Shown here: positions 59,268-64,000 of the stretch, piece by piece | Layout: each line of letters opens with the position of its first letter | Numbering within the stretch: position 1 is the stretch's first letter | Assembly (NCBI GenBank): GCA_965203325.1 | Contig: OZ241875.1 | Coordinates: 800,001 to 864,000 of the forward strand | Length of the DNA: 64,000 nucleotides | Source of the DNA: a bacterium | GTDB taxonomy: Bacteria > UBA8248 | Reading direction: 5' to 3' | Translations under genes and position numbers: made by a program | The notes under the pieces: model-generated | What the model was told of the DNA's origin: nothing | The model's input: only the letters and a program-made list of their open reading frames with translations | Databases searched by the model: none

Positions 59268-60719
59268 TTATGTGGATTCGCGCGCCGATTTCAAACCCCG
59301 GGCGCCTATGAACCCCAGAATGTCTCCGCTCCGCGACCAGTGCAAGAACCACGCGAACAGGAGCGCGCCGCTCAGTATCTGGCCCCCGCTCACCGCCCAC
59401 CAGACGCCGCCCGCGCCCACCGCAAGCCAGAACGAGAGCAGCCAGGCGGCGGGGATCTGCACACCCCAGCGGACGACACCTTCCACCAACATGGGCGGCT
59501 TCGAGCGCGATGCGCCCTGGAACGCGCCCGCCATCACCCGGCGGACGGACTCCATCAGCAGGCCCGCGCACAGGATACGGAGCGCCATGACGGCCGTGGC
59601 GTTCCCCTCCATGCCGAAAAACGAGACGATCTCCCCCGCCCAGGCGAACAAACATACGCTCGCCGCCGTCATCAGAACGATGAGAGCGGCGACGGCGAGC
59701 CATACCGTGCGCGCCACGCGCTCCGGTTTCTCCGCGCCCAGGTTCTGGCCCACCAGCGTGCGCACCGAGCTTTGCAGTCCGAAGCTCGGCATCCGGGCGA
59801 TCATCGTCACGCGGTTGCCGATGCTCCATGCCGCCAGGGCGCTCGCGCCGAATGGGGAGAGCATCCGCACCATGAGCAAAAGGGCGCTTCGCTCGAGCAG
59901 GTTCTGCGCCATGGCGGGCCAGGCGAGGCGCGTCACGCGGGATATTTCCGCGCCACGCGGTCGCAAGTCGGCCCACCGGAGCGTGAGCCTCGATTTTCCT
60001 TTCACGATAAAGGCCAGCATCGTCAGGAAACCGCCCAGCCTCCCCACGCCGATGCCCAAGAAACTGCCCGCGAGACCCAAAGCGGGAACCGGCCCCCAGC
60101 CGAACATGAGGAGCGGGATGAAGATGAGCGTCAAGACGGTGGAGGAGACGACGCCCGCGATGGTAATGGCGGGCTCGCCGGTTCCCCTTAAAATCTGTCC
60201 GACGACGAACATGGCTTCTGCGGCGAGCAGCACGGTGAAGCCGGCGCGGATGTAGACGACGCCCAGAGCGGCGAGTTTCGGGTCGCGCGTCATGAGGTTC
60301 ATCAGCTGGGGAGCGAACCAGAGGCCCAGGAACGTGGCGATGAGGCTGAAGACGCCGACCAGGAAGATGGTCTGTCCGGCCATGACCGAGGCGCCTTGCG
60401 CGTCGCCCGCCCCCACGCGCTGGGCCACGAGCGCCTGGCCTGCGATTCTCAGCCCGAAAGGTCCCGAGCGGATGAACAACAAGGTGATGAATCCCAAGGA
60501 CGCCGCCGCCAGCGCGTCCGCCCCCAATTGACCGAGCCAGTAGATCTCGAAGATGCCGTCCAGATTGCGCAGGATGCGCTCGCCGCAAATCGGCACCGAG
60601 AGGCGCGTGATGGCCCAGCCGACCGAGCCACGGGTATAATCGTATCCGCGCGTGCTTTTTTCTTGTTTCAGGGGGCGTACCTCGACTCTAATAGAGATAC
60701 AGGAAAGCAACTCGTCCAT
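59268..60719 (-). CDS. MATE family efflux transporter
   Basis: YTRGSV, LGADALAA, ILRGTG, LVGQNLGA motifs; start uncertain. Confidence 0.9.
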   Translation of the reverse strand: MDELLSCISIRVEVRPLKQEKSTRGYDYTRGSVGWAITRLSVPICGERILRNLDGIFEIYWLGQLGADALAAASLGFITLLFIRSGPFGLRIAGQALVAQRVGAGDAQGASVMAGQTIFLVGVFSLIATFLGLWFAPQLMNLMTRDPKLAALGVVYIRAGFTVLLAAEAMFVVGQILRGTGEPAITIAGVVSSTVLTLIFIPLLMFGWGPVPALGLAGSFLGIGVGRLGGFLTMLAFIVKGKSRLTLRWADLRPRGAEISRVTRLAWPAMAQNLLERSALLLMVRMLSPFGASALAAWSIGNRVTMIARMPSFGLQSSVRTLVGQNLGAEKPERVARTVWLAVAALIVLMTAASVCLFAWAGEIVSFFGMEGNATAVMALRILCAGLLMESVRRVMAGAFQGASRSKPPMLVEGVVRWGVQIPAAWLLSFWLAVGAGGVWWAVSGGQILSGALLFAWFLHWSRSGDILGFIGARGLKSAREST

Positions 60720-60794
60720 GATACGCTAGAGCACGCAACACGTTAAGTGAGGGAAGGATTCCATGCCGCATCCAGATTACGAGCGGTCGAAAGA

Positions 60795-62990
60795 GTGAAA
60801 CTCCTTTCCCGGGATACAGCTTCCGAGCTTCGCGCGGACATCCTTTCCGACAAGGCCGTTCCGGCGCTTTTCGCCGGATTCACCTCGGGCCTGGGTCTGC
60901 TCGTCGCCCAGATTGCCTTCGGCAGTTTCATTTTTTCGGGCGCATTGGCCCCATATTCCTCCCAGGGCGTGGGGCTGGTGTTGTTCGGAAACTTCGCCGC
61001 CTGTCTGGTCATCGCCCTCGCCAGCGGCTACCGCGGGGCGATTTCGGGGCTTTCTCCCGCACTCGTGCTCGTGATGGCGCTGATCGGCTCCACGATGGAC
61101 GCCGGGGGCGATGCGCTGTTCGTCACCACGGCGGGGGCGCTCATTCTCAGCGCGATGGCCACCGGCGTCTGCTGTCTCGTCATCGGGCATTTCCGGCTCG
61201 CCAACCTGGTGCGCTTCATCCCGTATCCGGTGGCGGGCGGATTCGTGGCCGGAATCGGAGGGGCCGTATGCCTGGCGGCCATGTCGATGATGGGAGCGGA
61301 GCCGGACTGGCGCACGATTCCGGCGCTTCTGGAGCCGGCGGCGTTATGGAAGTGGAGTCCGGGCGCAGCATTCGGGATTTCCCTGTACCTCTCGATGAAG
61401 CGCTGGGGCAACGCCTTGATCCTGCCCGTGAGCGTGGCGATTGCCGTTGGCGCATACCACCTCACCCTGACCGCTCTCGATATTTCCGGTGAGGAGGCGA
61501 GAGCGGCCGGTCTGCTGTTCAAGAGCACCGCAGACGGGAACCTGTGGCCCGTCCTGGGGGTCGCCGATCTGGCTCACCTGGATTGGGCTGCGATGACCTC
61601 GCAGGTTCCCAACATGCTGACGCTTCTGCTGATCGCCCTGATCTGCGTGATCATGAATTTCGCCGGCCTCGAGTTGGCCGCGAATCACGAACTGGACTGG
61701 GACCGGGAGTTCAGGGCGGCAGGAGTCGCAAGCCTGGTCGCCGGCCTGGGCGGCGGCACTGTGGCATGCACTATCGTGCCCGCCTCGCTGCGCAGCAAGC
61801 TGCTCGGGGCCACCACCCGCCTGACAGGCATCGTCGCCGCCCTCGTCATCGGTGGCGCATTGCTCCTTGGCGACGGGATGCTGGAACTGGTTCCGATACC
61901 GCTCATCGGAGGAATTCTGTTTTTTGCGGGCTCCGGTATGCTGGACGAAGGTCTCTTGAGAAGCTTCAAGCGGCTCCCCTGGTCAGAATACGGCATAATC
62001 GTTTTGATCTTTTTCACCATCATCTCTTTCGGACTGTTCGAGGGCGTGGGCGCCGGCATGCTGGCCACACTCTTGTTCTTCGTCGTGCGCCTCAGCCGGG
62101 TGGACCTGATCGAATCCCGCTTCACGGCGCGCGAGCATCGAAGCAACAAGACCCGACCCGTCCCCGATCGGGCCATCCTCCTGGCCGAAGGAGAGGGCGT
62201 TCATGCCTACCGGCTGCGCGGCTACATCTTCTTCGGCAGCGTCTGTCCCCTGGCCGATCACCTCAAGAAATCCCTGGGCGGCGCTTCGCGTCCCGCCTGC
62301 CTGATGCTGGACTTCGCCGCCGTCTCCGGCTTCGACTACTCGGCGGTGAGCGTCCTTTGCAGGTTCCTGCAGACGGCGCAAGCCGCAGGCGTTCCCGTGG
62401 TTCTGAGCGCGCCCGGCGAACAGTTAAAATCCGAATTGGAGCACAACCTTCCGCCTTCAGTATTCGCGGAATTGCTGATTGAGCCGAATGCGGACCGCGC
62501 CGTCGAACGCTGCGAGGAAATCGTCATCGAGGCATGGAAGGCGGACGTGAGCACTTCGGACAAGCGGCGCGCTTTGCTGCTGGCGCACACCGCGGATGAA
62601 CTCGAGCGCTATCTGGAGCGGCAGATTCATTTCGAGGACCTGATAAAGGAACTCCGTGGCTGGCTGGAGTCTCGTCAATACGACGCCGGAGAGGCCCTCG
62701 CGGGACCCGATGCGCCAGGTGAAGACCTGCAACTGTTGCTGTCAGGCCGGGCTTGCGCTTACGACTCCGGGGGTGCGCGTCTCCATGAGTACGGTCCCGG
62801 CGACGCGATCTGGCCGACCGCTCCCCTGGACGAAAAGGAGGCTTCGGTGGTTGCGGACGAACCCTGCCGGACGATAGTGCTGACGCCGGCCGCCCGGCAC
62901 TGGCTGGACGAGCACGAAGAGAGTCTTGCCATCAAGCTGTATCGTTATCTGCTCACCTCGCGGCACCGAACCGGGTCAGAAGCCGGCTAG
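60795..62990 (+). CDS. SulP family anion transporter with STAS and degenerate cNMP-binding domains
   Basis: LVRFIPYPVAGGF, LRGYIFFGS, LDFAAVSGFD; start uncertain (60747-60795). Confidence 0.88.
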   Translation: MKLLSRDTASELRADILSDKAVPALFAGFTSGLGLLVAQIAFGSFIFSGALAPYSSQGVGLVLFGNFAACLVIALASGYRGAISGLSPALVLVMALIGSTMDAGGDALFVTTAGALILSAMATGVCCLVIGHFRLANLVRFIPYPVAGGFVAGIGGAVCLAAMSMMGAEPDWRTIPALLEPAALWKWSPGAAFGISLYLSMKRWGNALILPVSVAIAVGAYHLTLTALDISGEEARAAGLLFKSTADGNLWPVLGVADLAHLDWAAMTSQVPNMLTLLLIALICVIMNFAGLELAANHELDWDREFRAAGVASLVAGLGGGTVACTIVPASLRSKLLGATTRLTGIVAALVIGGALLLGDGMLELVPIPLIGGILFFAGSGMLDEGLLRSFKRLPWSEYGIIVLIFFTIISFGLFEGVGAGMLATLLFFVVRLSRVDLIESRFTAREHRSNKTRPVPDRAILLAEGEGVHAYRLRGYIFFGSVCPLADHLKKSLGGASRPACLMLDFAAVSGFDYSAVSVLCRFLQTAQAAGVPVVLSAPGEQLKSELEHNLPPSVFAELLIEPNADRAVERCEEIVIEAWKADVSTSDKRRALLLAHTADELERYLERQIHFEDLIKELRGWLESRQYDAGEALAGPDAPGEDLQLLLSGRACAYDSGGARLHEYGPGDAIWPTAPLDEKEASVVADEPCRTIVLTPAARHWLDEHEESLAIKLYRYLLTSRHRTGSEAG

Positions 62991-63166
62991 TCGAAGAAGT
63001 TCCCTGCAGACGAACAATCAACTCGCTTCCCCGGAAACAACGCAACGACGATGAAGACTATCCTGTTTTCCTGCTGACCTTTTCCCCCTCCTCGGTCGGC
63101 ATTGATTGCCGGAATGACGGTCAAAACCCGAAACCGGGCGGAGCCGCAGGCTCTCGCCTTGAAAAC

Positions 63167-63277
63167 CAACCCCCCCTACCCCCCCTTGTCAGGGGGGCAA
63201 AAAAAACAAAAGCCCCTCTACCGGCGGCGGGCGTCGCCTTTTCATACCCCCCTGACAAGGGGGGGTAGGGGGGGTTG
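63167..63277. repeat. MITE-like element with long terminal inverted repeats, copy 2
   Basis: Inverted near-copy of 21823-21934 including the internal spacer. Confidence 0.8.
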
Positions 63278-63459
63278 CCTTTATCCCCTGACGAGAGGGG
63301 CAACACTTCCGCAAGTGTTGTCTCCAGCCGTTCGAGAGGGAAAACCCGGCTGAATGCCGCCGAAAGACAAGCGCACCCGGATGTGAGCGGAGATACCGGA
63401 AATCGGCTCTCCCATGATACGCTGGAGTACCCAACACGTTAATGGAGCAAGAGAAACCG

Positions 63460-64000
63460 ATGCCGCACCCCGATTTCGCACGCTGCGCGCGCCACGTCAC
63501 CGAAGACGCCGTGCGCGAGTTGCTCGCCGACATGGTGAACATCCCCAGTCCCACGGGCGGGGAGTCCGGGATGGCGCGCTATCTCATCAAGCGCATGTCG
63601 GGCGCGGGGCTGAACACGCAACTTCAGGAAGTCGACCCCGGCAGGCCGAACGCGGTCGGCGTGCGCGAGGGCGCGGGCGACGGGATGAACCTCCTGTTCA
63701 CCGGCCACATGGACACCTCCTATGACGGGAATGAGGATTACCTGACCGGCGAGGGCTTCAAGCCCAGGGCCGTTCACCGGGACGGCTGGCTGTGGGGTCT
63801 GGGCGCGAACAACATGAAAAGCGGGCTTGCGGGTGCGCTGGCGGCCGTCGAGGCCATCTGCCGCGAAAATATCCCCCTGCGCGGGGACCTCTCGCTCGCC
63901 GGCGTGGTGGGCGAGATAGAAAAAGCGCCCGTGGATGAATTTTCGGGTCAATCCTACTCGGGCTACGGGACGGGCACGCGGCACCTCATCCTGCACGGCG
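63460..64000 (+). CDS. M20 (ArgE/DapE-like) metallopeptidase, truncated by window end
   Basis: Manual translation: IPSPTGGE, RPNAVG, FTGHMDT, GLGANNMKSG, VGEIE. Confidence 0.85.
   Translation, partial: MPHPDFARCARHVTEDAVRELLADMVNIPSPTGGESGMARYLIKRMSGAGLNTQLQEVDPGRPNAVGVREGAGDGMNLLFTGHMDTSYDGNEDYLTGEGFKPRAVHRDGWLWGLGANNMKSGLAGALAAVEAICRENIPLRGDLSLAGVVGEIEKAPVDEFSGQSYSGYGTGTRHLILHG

Noticed and set aside
1..64000. CRISPR array, tRNA/rRNA, prophage or autonomous IS
   Set aside because: No regularly spaced direct repeats, cloverleaf/rRNA signatures, integrase, transposase or phage genes recognised by eye

Overview
GC-rich bacterial chromosomal window with about 58 protein genes and no rRNA, tRNA, CRISPR array, integrase or transposase that I can recognise. 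It holds a housekeeping run (site-2 protease, trpS, ileS, lspA, RluA synthase, thiolase), aceE-aceF, many catabolic enzymes, one TRAP system, two LIV-type ABC systems, and MMPL, NCS2, MATE and SulP transporters. Small accessory cassettes are scattered through it: an Abi/AbiF-like HEPN gene, a DUF4238-like gene, HEPN-MNT and HigBA toxin-antitoxin pairs, and a Y-family polymerase coupled to a small CxxC protein. Intergenic gaps are rich in REP/MITE-like palindromes. Two features are absent from the ORF track. (1) A probable selenoprotein at 43802-44554: a glutaredoxin-like UxxC domain fused to a DinB-like domain, with an in-frame TGA and a SECIS-like hairpin, divergent from an NCS2 permease and flavin disulfide reductase. 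(2) A structured ~120-nt candidate ncRNA with its own sigma70 promoter directly upstream of the Abi HEPN gene, a candidate RNA antitoxin. All calls come from reading motifs by eye; no searches or folding programs were run.
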